Assembly (NCBI GenBank): GCA_044341805.1
Contig: JBIIQY010000001.1
Span: forward strand, 25,874-89,873
DNA length: 64,000 nucleotides
DNA from: Candidatus Planktophila sp.
Lineage (GTDB): Bacteria; Actinomycetota; Actinomycetes; Nanopelagicales; Nanopelagicaceae
Reading direction: 5' to 3'
This document shows, in pieces, positions 49,889 to 57,966 of this stretch. Position 1 is the stretch's first letter. The number at the start of each line of letters is the position of its first letter. The notes beneath the pieces are model-generated. The model was not told the origin of the DNA. It saw only the letters and a program-made list of their open reading frames with translations, and searched no databases. A program made the position numbers and the translations under genes.

Positions 49889-52264
49889 ATGATGCGCTTA
49901 AAGAAAATGGGGCCTATTGCTCTTGCTGGCGCATTAATTCTTGCCCTGTTAACCGCACCTACTGCACCTGCACTGGCCTTCAAACAAATCCCTGCAACAA
50001 CGTGGGGGCATATCTACGCAGGTACGCAACCTGTAACAACGGTTCCAACTCCGACAAAAAGCAAGAATCTTGAAGTTAAATCTAATTTTCAGGTTAAGTA
50101 CAACAACTTTCCCGAATGGGCGAAGAAAGAGGTTCAAGCCTCGATTGATGTTTGGTCTGCAAACTTTAAATCTTCAGTTGTAATCTCAGTTGATGCTTCG
50201 TGGGGGCGTTCAAGTTCCTGGGGTGTTTTAGGTAGTGCGCGCCCAGGCAGCTTCTTCTCTGCATTTTCTGGCGCACCTGATCCATCTCTTTGGTATCCCT
50301 CAGCACTTGCAAATGCACTAGCAGGAAGAGATTTAGATAAAAAGAATCCAGAAATAATTATTCAAGTTAATTCTGCAGCCACATGGAATTCCAGAGGCGA
50401 TGGAGTTCCATCAAGTAGTGAATATGACTTGCAGTCTGTTTTCTTACACGAACTTGGTCACGGACTAGGTTTTCTCTCTAACGATGCTTACGATCCTTTT
50501 TTCGGTTTAGGAAGCCTGGATCAGCCAACTCCATTTGATGCTTACCTTCAAACCAGCGATGGTCGTCGATTAGCCGATCTTCCAACCCCATCTAAAGAAC
50601 TTGGCGTTGCCTTAACTACTTCTTTGGTGTGGTCAGGTGCACTAGGTGTAAAAGCAAATGGCGGAGTTAAGCCCAAGATGTACACACCCCCACGGTATGA
50701 AGCGGGATCATCAACTTCGCACTTGGACGAAGCTACTTTTTCAAAGTCAGGTGTGGATTCTGTAATGACTCCAAGCCTTGACCCTGGTGAAATATTTAAA
50801 GAGCCGGGACCACTGCTGCTAGCCATGATGGAAGATATGCGAAACAAGCCGCCTGCAGGCATTGCAACCGACCTTCCTTTTTCACCACGTAACGCACAAG
50901 CTTTCACATCAAATGCTTCAGCTTTGATTGCTTTTGATCCACCAGCAAATCTGCGGACAGCCCAAGTAACTGAATACATTGTTAAGAACTTAAAGACTGG
51001 CACGGAAAAAAAGGCTCAATCAAGTCCAGTTCTTATGACTGGATTAAAGAATGGAACTTCGTACACATTTAGTGTTATCGCTAAAAACTCACTTGGTAGT
51101 TCTGAACCCGCAATTACAAAACCTGTGATACCTCAAGCTGCTTGGACCAGTTCGGTTCTTGATAGCGCTGCTGATGGAAAAACTGTTGCAAGTACCACCT
51201 TTAATGGAAGACCGGCAATTGCATACACAGATACCAAGAGCGGTGACCTAAAGCTTGCAACATTTGATGGCAAGAGCTGGAGAAAAGTAACTGTTGATGG
51301 CGCTGGTGGCAGCAGTGGCAGAACTACTCACAACCTTTCTGGCGCAATCAGTATGTGTGTCAACGGCAGTGGCGTAAAGCAAACTTTGCACATTTTCTAT
51401 ACAGATGCCACTGAAAAAGATCTTCGATACTCGACTTTTAATGGCAAAAACTTCACTTTCGAAACTGTTGATGGAAACGGTCCCTCTGTAAACAACTACG
51501 AGGATCCAGTTCGAGTCCGGACATCTAGTGATGTAAGCGTGGCTAATGCCTGTGTGGCTTCTGCAAGTGCCGTTCAAGTCTTCTACCGTGATGAATCCCA
51601 AGGTGTTTTATTAGGCGCAGTTAAAACCAGAAGCGCTTCTTGGCGTTATGAATTAGTAGATGGTGATCGCAAGACTGATGGCCGAACAACTGGAGATGTC
51701 GGGTTCCATGTTCAGGCAATTTTTGATGGAAACACAACATACGTTGCTTATGATTCTGTCCTTTCGATGAATCAAAAGAAGGAAATAACTTCAGGTGCGA
51801 TTCGAATTGCAACGCGAAACACGATTGAGCCAACCGCTTGGCAGTATCAAACATTGGATATCTCAACTGAAGAAGCGTTGGTTTTTGGTTTTGATGTTGC
51901 ATTAGCCAGAACTTCTTCGGGTGTATTTGCAACCTGGCTGGCTGCTTCTGCGGCATCAGCGCCAAAGCCAAATCAAATCCGTTGGACTTGGCTCAAAGAT
52001 TCCACAAAGATTTACAAGCTGACCACTGAAAACTTCGGAACCCCAGATAAGTATTTAGCCACTGATGGAAAAACAATTATTTTCAATTGCCAAGAAAGAT
52101 TATGTGCTCTAGATACAAGCAAGAAGGATCTTGGCCAATCTGCTATCCGCTTAGTTAGCAGCACCCAAGGCCCTGAACCTACTCAGAGCGCTTGGGTGAC
52201 TGTAAACAAAGTTAAATATGTGCTTGCCACCATAAATGGCAAACTTGCACTTCTTAAACCGTAA
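49889..52264 (+). CDS. Secreted putative zinc metallopeptidase with fibronectin type III domain and C-terminal repeat region
   Basis: Signal peptide, HELGHGLGF, SHLDE, Fn3 (GLKNGTSYTFSVIAKNSLGSS), repeated W/F..vDG units; TAGCGT-N6-ATG start. Confidence 0.75.
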   Translation: MMRLKKMGPIALAGALILALLTAPTAPALAFKQIPATTWGHIYAGTQPVTTVPTPTKSKNLEVKSNFQVKYNNFPEWAKKEVQASIDVWSANFKSSVVISVDASWGRSSSWGVLGSARPGSFFSAFSGAPDPSLWYPSALANALAGRDLDKKNPEIIIQVNSAATWNSRGDGVPSSSEYDLQSVFLHELGHGLGFLSNDAYDPFFGLGSLDQPTPFDAYLQTSDGRRLADLPTPSKELGVALTTSLVWSGALGVKANGGVKPKMYTPPRYEAGSSTSHLDEATFSKSGVDSVMTPSLDPGEIFKEPGPLLLAMMEDMRNKPPAGIATDLPFSPRNAQAFTSNASALIAFDPPANLRTAQVTEYIVKNLKTGTEKKAQSSPVLMTGLKNGTSYTFSVIAKNSLGSSEPAITKPVIPQAAWTSSVLDSAADGKTVASTTFNGRPAIAYTDTKSGDLKLATFDGKSWRKVTVDGAGGSSGRTTHNLSGAISMCVNGSGVKQTLHIFYTDATEKDLRYSTFNGKNFTFETVDGNGPSVNNYEDPVRVRTSSDVSVANACVASASAVQVFYRDESQGVLLGAVKTRSASWRYELVDGDRKTDGRTTGDVGFHVQAIFDGNTTYVAYDSVLSMNQKKEITSGAIRIATRNTIEPTAWQYQTLDISTEEALVFGFDVALARTSSGVFATWLAASAASAPKPNQIRWTWLKDSTKIYKLTTENFGTPDKYLATDGKTIIFNCQERLCALDTSKKDLGQSAIRLVSSTQGPEPTQSAWVTVNKVKYVLATINGKLALLKP

Positions 52265-52268
52265 TTTT

Positions 52269-52367
52269 TTACTTAGCGTTACGGCGCTGAATGCGAGTCT
52301 TCTTCAGAAGCTTCTTGTGCTTCTTCTTCGCCATGCGCTTGCGTCGCTTCTTAATTACGGAACCCAT
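52269..52367 (-). CDS. 30S ribosomal protein bS22 (AURKAIP1/COX24 family)
   Basis: Manual translation [32 protein letters not shown]; conserved position downstream of proC; below the ORF-track cutoff. Confidence 0.95.
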   Translation of the reverse strand: MGSVIKKRRKRMAKKKHKKLLKKTRIQRRNAK

Positions 52368-52417
52368 ATGTCACGCTCTCATTTCTAATGTACGCACTGT
52401 GTGTGCGGGGGTTTAGG

Positions 52418-53608
52418 TTACCGCGTAATCAGGGTAAAAATCGAAACCGTATCTGCGCTTGCTGTGACCACTAAAAGCCCTAACTCCTTTGAAAGTATGG
52501 CTCCAAGGAGTTCTTTCTGCCCTATTGGCCCGCTATCGGCCGCTACAACCGTGCCTTTTGCATTAAAAGTCAGAAGTAGTGGTGTCGCAACCTTTGGGTT
52601 CCAGTTGAGTTGAGCCGTTGGACCTGTAGAGATAAATGCCGCATAAGTCGAACCAACTGTTACTGCCGGACCAGTCGAAGCAAAACGATAAGTCCAAGTT
52701 GGTGCAAAGGAAGTCGTAAATTTTGTTATCGCAGTTTCTGCTTTTCCGCCCGCAACAACTTCGCCACCTAATAGCAATGTAGATGTTGCGCTATTCCAGA
52801 TTCTTTTTCCTTTGACGGCTGAACTTCGAACGACGCTAGTAATTTTCAACGCCTTTGAAATTTTGATCAGAACGCCATCTGTCACGCCCGCAACTTTCTT
52901 GCCCGCTAAAGTTTCACTACTTGAACCTGCCACGGTGAAGCTTCCATCGGTATGCCGAACAACCGCATCTGCAGTTGTTGACGCCAAGCCAATTTGTAGA
53001 AGTTTGCCAAACAACCCAGCTTTATCAGTGTTAACAATGAATCCTGCGCTGCCTTTTTCGGTTCCGATGATTCCAACAATAGATGCACCATTTCGATCTA
53101 CCGAGATAGCTGTTGGAAATACAACTGAACTTGTTGGCAAAGTATTTGTTCCGGAAAGCACGCCCACAGCAGTTACTCTCCACAGTGTGACAGCCTGCAA
53201 ATTACCTATATTTGTTGTTGGAACTGCAGCAGCATTATCAGGATTTATCGGAGTTGCTACTGGACTCGGTGAAGTCAAACCCAGCGCTAAAGGTGTAGCA
53301 CCGGCAATCCAAATGTCGCCAACTGAATCAACTACTGCTGCGGTAGCGATAGATGCCAGAGATTGATCTAGTGAAAGATTCCACAGTTCTTTTCCAGTCG
53401 TATCTACAGCACGTGCATAAGCTTTAGCTGCTTTGCTTCCATAGACAATCAAACTCTTGCCAGAAGCAACTACTCCACTTACTTCTTCAGGTGTGCCTAC
53501 AGTTGTCATTAATTGAAGTGGCTTTACAGCAATCTTTTTTGGAGCTGCATGAGCCGCGGGAGCGACAAGAAAAGCTGCAATTAATACAAAGGAAAGTAAG
53601 CGTTTCAC
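52418..53608 (-). CDS. Secreted hypothetical protein, beta-rich
   Basis: Signal peptide ending AHA; GTGA-coupled to proC; no recognisable catalytic motif. Confidence 0.75.
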   Translation of the reverse strand: MKRLLSFVLIAAFLVAPAAHAAPKKIAVKPLQLMTTVGTPEEVSGVVASGKSLIVYGSKAAKAYARAVDTTGKELWNLSLDQSLASIATAAVVDSVGDIWIAGATPLALGLTSPSPVATPINPDNAAAVPTTNIGNLQAVTLWRVTAVGVLSGTNTLPTSSVVFPTAISVDRNGASIVGIIGTEKGSAGFIVNTDKAGLFGKLLQIGLASTTADAVVRHTDGSFTVAGSSSETLAGKKVAGVTDGVLIKISKALKITSVVRSSAVKGKRIWNSATSTLLLGGEVVAGGKAETAITKFTTSFAPTWTYRFASTGPAVTVGSTYAAFISTGPTAQLNWNPKVATPLLLTFNAKGTVVAADSGPIGQKELLGAILSKELGLLVVTASADTVSIFTLITR

Positions 53609-54408
53609 GCTAATTCCTGCGAACGATCGCGGGCCGCCTTCATTGCTTTAGCAACCATAGAATTCAAATTGTCACTACCAAAAGATGCAAGCGCAGCAGC
53701 GGTTGTGCCATTAGGGCTAGTTACATTTTCTCGCAAAGTCGTGGCGCTCTTTCCAGATTCTTCAAGCAAGGTCGCAGCGCCAAGCAGTGTTTGAACTGTA
53801 AGAGTTGTCGCATCTTTTTCAGAAAGCCCGAGTTCTTGTGCACCAGCAACCATCGCTTCGACAAAGGCAAAGAAGTAAGCAGGTCCAGAACCGCTTGTGG
53901 CAGTTACTGCATCTTGTAGATCTTCAGCAACTTCAATTACTGTGCCAGTTGCGGCTAGAAATCCGAGTACGAAGTCACGTTGTGCAGCTGAAACACCTGC
54001 GCCCATAGATGCTGCGGCCATACCTTTGCCAACCAGTGTCGGAGTATTTGGCATAACTCGAACAACAGGATTGCCTGTTCCAATGCCATTGCTAATAAAG
54101 GAAATTGTCTTGCCAGCAGCAAAGGTGATCACGACTGCTTTTGGATTGATTGAACCCTTAATTTCTTCAAGAACTGTTGCCATGTCTTGTGGTTTTACAA
54201 CCAATAAAAGTGCATCGGCATCTGAAACATTGGCGTTAAGTGCTGCAGCTTTAATTGAATACTTCGAAATCAGCTCTTGTACACGATCTTCGCGCTTTTC
54301 AGAGATTGTGATGTGATCCGGCTTAACTCCAGATGAAATCAAAGCGGCAATAAGGGCCTCACCCATTACACCGGCACCGATAACGGCAACCTTTGATTGC
54401 TGATCCAT
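53605..54408 (-). CDS. proC: Pyrroline-5-carboxylate reductase
   Basis: IGAGVMG, VKPQ, RVMPNTP, SGSGPAY, VTSPNGTT. Confidence 0.96.
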   Translation of the reverse strand: MDQQSKVAVIGAGVMGEALIAALISSGVKPDHITISEKREDRVQELISKYSIKAAALNANVSDADALLLVVKPQDMATVLEEIKGSINPKAVVITFAAGKTISFISNGIGTGNPVVRVMPNTPTLVGKGMAAASMGAGVSAAQRDFVLGFLAATGTVIEVAEDLQDAVTATSGSGPAYFFAFVEAMVAGAQELGLSEKDATTLTVQTLLGAATLLEESGKSATTLRENVTSPNGTTAAALASFGSDNLNSMVAKAMKAARDRSQELA

Positions 54409-54447
54409 GTAACAAGTCTATCCTTTATGCCTGTAGGCTCTGCGACT

Positions 54448-55260
54448 ATGTCAGAAGTTAAAGCAGGATTTGCGCGTGATTGGGTTGAATTCTTTGACCC
54501 CAACGATGAAGAGACAATCTTTAAGTGCGATCTCACTTGGTTAACTTCATACTGGACTTGTATTTATGGCGACGGTTGCCAAGGTGTCTTTAAGAATCAA
54601 CCAAATTCGGGCTGTTGTACCGAAGGTGCGATGTACACCGATGAAGATGATGAAGCGCGCACAGTTAAAGCTGCTGCTTACTTAACTCCAGATATGTGGC
54701 AGTACTACAACGAGGCTCGTCCAAAGAAGCCTGGTGGCCCATTAAGAATTTCAGAAAAAGATGAAGATGGTGAACGCAAAACTCGTCGCGTAGAAGATGG
54801 TTGTATTTTCTTGAACCGTAAAGGTTATGAAGCCGAAGGTTTCACTGGATCATTTGGTTGCGTGCTGCACCATGTTGCACAACGCGACGGAAAGCACTTT
54901 GCTGACACAAAGCCAGATGTTTGCTGGCAGTTGCCATTGCGTCGTAGCTTTGAAACGCGCGAATATGGCGAGCGTGAATATTCTGTAACTGTAATTGGTG
55001 AGTACGAACGTCTTGCATGGGGCGATGGCGGCGATGATTTCGACTGGTACTGCACAAGTAACAGTGATGCACACGTTGGCACACAGCCTGTTTATATCTC
55101 TAACAAGTATGAACTTGAATTGTTGATGGGTAAGGATGCCTACGCCGAATTAGCACGCTTGTGTGATGTCCGAATGGAACACATCCGAGATGCCGCTGCA
55201 CGCTCACTTCCACTATTTATCATTCAGCATCCAGCAACTTTGGCCGCCCAGAAGAAATAG
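54448..55260 (+). CDS. Conserved cysteine-rich actinobacterial protein (Rv0495c-like)
   Basis: DLTWLTSYWTCIYGDGC, GCC, CIFLNR, GCVLH, KPDVCWQLP, WYCT. Confidence 0.8.
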   Translation: MSEVKAGFARDWVEFFDPNDEETIFKCDLTWLTSYWTCIYGDGCQGVFKNQPNSGCCTEGAMYTDEDDEARTVKAAAYLTPDMWQYYNEARPKKPGGPLRISEKDEDGERKTRRVEDGCIFLNRKGYEAEGFTGSFGCVLHHVAQRDGKHFADTKPDVCWQLPLRRSFETREYGEREYSVTVIGEYERLAWGDGGDDFDWYCTSNSDAHVGTQPVYISNKYELELLMGKDAYAELARLCDVRMEHIRDAAARSLPLFIIQHPATLAAQKK

Positions 55261-55286
55261 TCAGTGCCTTGTCATAGGGTTACCTC

Positions 55287-56654
55287 ATGGCCAAGGTAGA
55301 AAAAGAACCATTCCGCTGCACCGAGTGCGGATGGACATCCCAAAAATGGGTTGGTCGCTGCGGTGAATGCCAAGCTTGGGGTTCAGTTGAAGAAATCGCA
55401 GCTCCGAAAAAACTTTCATTAGTCGCAGGAAATGTAACCGCTAAAGCAACTCCTATTGGCGATGTAGATCTATCGGCTGCACATGCACGTGCAACCGGAG
55501 TATCCGAATTAGATCGGGTGCTTGGTGGTGGATTAGTTCCAGGAGCTGCAATTTTGCTTGCTGGTGAACCAGGTGTTGGTAAATCAACGCTTTTGCTTTC
55601 AGTTGCAGCACAAACTGCGTCAAAAGGAATCCCTGCGTTGTATATCAGTGGTGAAGAATCAGCATCGCAGGTACGACTTCGCGCAGAGCGAATTAATGCA
55701 ATTGACCCACAATTATTTCTTGCATCCGAAACAGATTTGGGTGCAGTCATTGCGCACATCGATTCTGTTAAACCACAACTGTTGATTATTGACTCGGTAC
55801 AAACTATTGGCAGTTCGGCAGCAGATGGTGCGCCAGGTGGTGTAACTCAAGTTCGTGAAGTTGCGGGCGCGTTGATTCGTATTTGTAAAGATCGCGACAT
55901 CACTTTGCTACTAGTTGGACATGTAACTAAAGATGGATCAATTGCCGGCCCTCGCTTGCTAGAACACATTGTTGATGTTGTTTTACAGTTTGAAGGCGAA
56001 CGTCATTCACGTCTTCGCTTAATCCGTGCAATTAAGAATCGTTTTGGCGCATCGGATGAAGTTGGATGCTTTGACTTAAGTGACACCGGCATCGAATCAG
56101 TACTAGATCCAACAGGTTTGTTTACTTCGCGTCATGCCGAACCGGTTCCCGGAACCTGCGTAACCGTAACTCTCGAAGGTCGTCGTCCTTTGCTTGCCGA
56201 AATCCAAGCCTTGGTATCTGCAGGTCGTGAAAATGATTATGGAAACGCACGCCGAGTTGTATCTGGTTTGGACTCGGCCCGCACATCAATGACCCTTGCG
56301 GTCCTAGAACTACGCGCCAATATCCGCGTTGGTGGACGTGATGTTTATGCAGCAACTGTTGGTGGCATGAAAATGACCGAGCCAGCAGCTGATTTAGCTC
56401 TTGCTTTGGCGGTCGCATCTGCTGCAAAAGGTTTAGCACTTCCATCAGATTTGGTTGCAATTGGTGAAGTTGGTTTAGCTGGAGAAATCCGCAAGGTAAG
56501 CGGTGTAAATCGCAGGCTTCAAGAGGCCTACCGACTTGGCTTTAAGCGCGCGTTAGTTCCAACTGGATCAGATACAAAGATTGATGGCATGGAGATCGTT
56601 GAAGTTTCACGCCTTGATGCCGCACTAAAACGGGTAAAAATCACCGGCGAATGA
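55287..56654 (+). CDS. radA: DNA repair protein RadA/Sms
   Basis: CTECG...CGEC zinc finger, GEPGVGKST, KNRFG, GEVGLAGE. Confidence 0.97.
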   Translation: MAKVEKEPFRCTECGWTSQKWVGRCGECQAWGSVEEIAAPKKLSLVAGNVTAKATPIGDVDLSAAHARATGVSELDRVLGGGLVPGAAILLAGEPGVGKSTLLLSVAAQTASKGIPALYISGEESASQVRLRAERINAIDPQLFLASETDLGAVIAHIDSVKPQLLIIDSVQTIGSSAADGAPGGVTQVREVAGALIRICKDRDITLLLVGHVTKDGSIAGPRLLEHIVDVVLQFEGERHSRLRLIRAIKNRFGASDEVGCFDLSDTGIESVLDPTGLFTSRHAEPVPGTCVTVTLEGRRPLLAEIQALVSAGRENDYGNARRVVSGLDSARTSMTLAVLELRANIRVGGRDVYAATVGGMKMTEPAADLALALAVASAAKGLALPSDLVAIGEVGLAGEIRKVSGVNRRLQEAYRLGFKRALVPTGSDTKIDGMEIVEVSRLDAALKRVKITGE

Positions 56655-57502
56655 GCTCGCTAGAAAAACCAATTCTTACTTGGTTTAAGAAAAACAAACG
56701 AGATCTTCCTTGGCGTAACACAACACCATGGGGTGTGATGGTCAGCGAATACATGTTGCAACAAACTCCGGTTAATCGCGTGCTCCCGAAATGGCACGAA
56801 TGGATGCAACGCTGGCCAACTCCAAAAGATTTAGCAAAAGCAACACCGGCTCAAGTAATTACAGCTTGGGGGCGTCTGGGTTATCCACGTCGTGCACTTC
56901 GATTACATGCTGCTGCCCAAATCATTGCGGAAGATTTCAACAATCAAGTTCCAGAAGACCAAGAAACTCTTCAGTTGCTGCCAGGAATTGGTGAATACAC
57001 CGCTGCTGCAATTGCAGCTTTTGCTTTCGAACAACGATCTTTAGTTATGGATGTAAACATTAGACGCTTACTTGGACGTGCAATAGATGGCGAAGAACAT
57101 CCAAAACCAGCACCGACTGCAAAAGAAAAAGCGCGCCGCTTAGCAATTTTGCCTGAAAAGAATGCACATGTGTGGGCAGCTGCAACGATGGAGCTTGGTG
57201 CATTAGTCTGCACATCAAAGAATCCGACCTGTGAATTTTGTCCAATCATTGGTCAATGTAATTGGCGTAAAAACGGTTACCCAAAAACAGATCTAGTAAG
57301 AAAGTCTCAAGATTGGCATGGCACAGATCGCAAGTGTCGCGGAACAATTGTTCAAGCTTTGCGCGAGAATGAATCATTGACAGAGTCTGCGATCAAAAAG
57401 CTGTGGCCCAATGAATCACAGGTCGAAAAAGCGCTTAAAACACTGCTTGTAGACCAACTAATTCAGGCACTTCCCCGCAAGCGATATAGACTGCCGCAAT
57501 GA
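56651..57502 (+). CDS. mutY: A/G-specific adenine glycosylase
   Basis: RDLPWR, SEYMLQQT, LGYPRRA, LPGIGEYT, C-x6-C-x2-C-x5-C. Confidence 0.94.
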   Translation: MSSLEKPILTWFKKNKRDLPWRNTTPWGVMVSEYMLQQTPVNRVLPKWHEWMQRWPTPKDLAKATPAQVITAWGRLGYPRRALRLHAAAQIIAEDFNNQVPEDQETLQLLPGIGEYTAAAIAAFAFEQRSLVMDVNIRRLLGRAIDGEEHPKPAPTAKEKARRLAILPEKNAHVWAAATMELGALVCTSKNPTCEFCPIIGQCNWRKNGYPKTDLVRKSQDWHGTDRKCRGTIVQALRENESLTESAIKKLWPNESQVEKALKTLLVDQLIQALPRKRYRLPQ

Positions 57503-57966
57503 TTCGCTATGCAACTAAAGAGGATGTTCCACGTATACATCAGCTGATTAAGGACTTAGCTGAGTACGAGAAAGCTCCCCTAGAAGCCAAAGCAACACTC
57601 GAGCAGATTGAGCAATCAATCTTTAGTGACAATCCAGTTGCATATTGCCATGTTGCAGAAGATAACGGTCTTGTAGTTGGCATTTCTATTTGGTTCCTCA
57701 ATTACTCAACATGGGTTGGTAAACCAGGTATCTATCTTGAGGATCTCTACGTAGATCCTGCATATCGCGGCAAGGGTTACGGTTTAGCTTTCCTAAAAGA
57801 ATTAGGAAAGATTTGCGTAGAACGTGATTATGAAAGATTGCAGTGGTGGGTTCTGGATTGGAATCAACCAAGCATCGACTTCTACAAATCCCTAGGCGCA
57901 GTACCAATGGATGAGTGGACGGTCTATCGCGTTAGCGGCGACGCACTTAAAAAACTAGGTAGTTAA
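57499..57966 (+). CDS. GNAT N-acetyltransferase (spermidine/spermine acetyltransferase-like)
   Basis: LAEYEK, YSTW, YLEDLYV, RGKGYG, VLDWN, FYKSLGA. Confidence 0.9.
   Translation: MIRYATKEDVPRIHQLIKDLAEYEKAPLEAKATLEQIEQSIFSDNPVAYCHVAEDNGLVVGISIWFLNYSTWVGKPGIYLEDLYVDPAYRGKGYGLAFLKELGKICVERDYERLQWWVLDWNQPSIDFYKSLGAVPMDEWTVYRVSGDALKKLGS

Noticed and set aside
52812-53366. Long antisense or alternate-frame ORFs (this 184-aa one, 55280-55759, 50548-51003, 25109-25540 and others)
   Set aside because: They are shadows of well-supported genes on the opposite strand, with no motifs or translation signals
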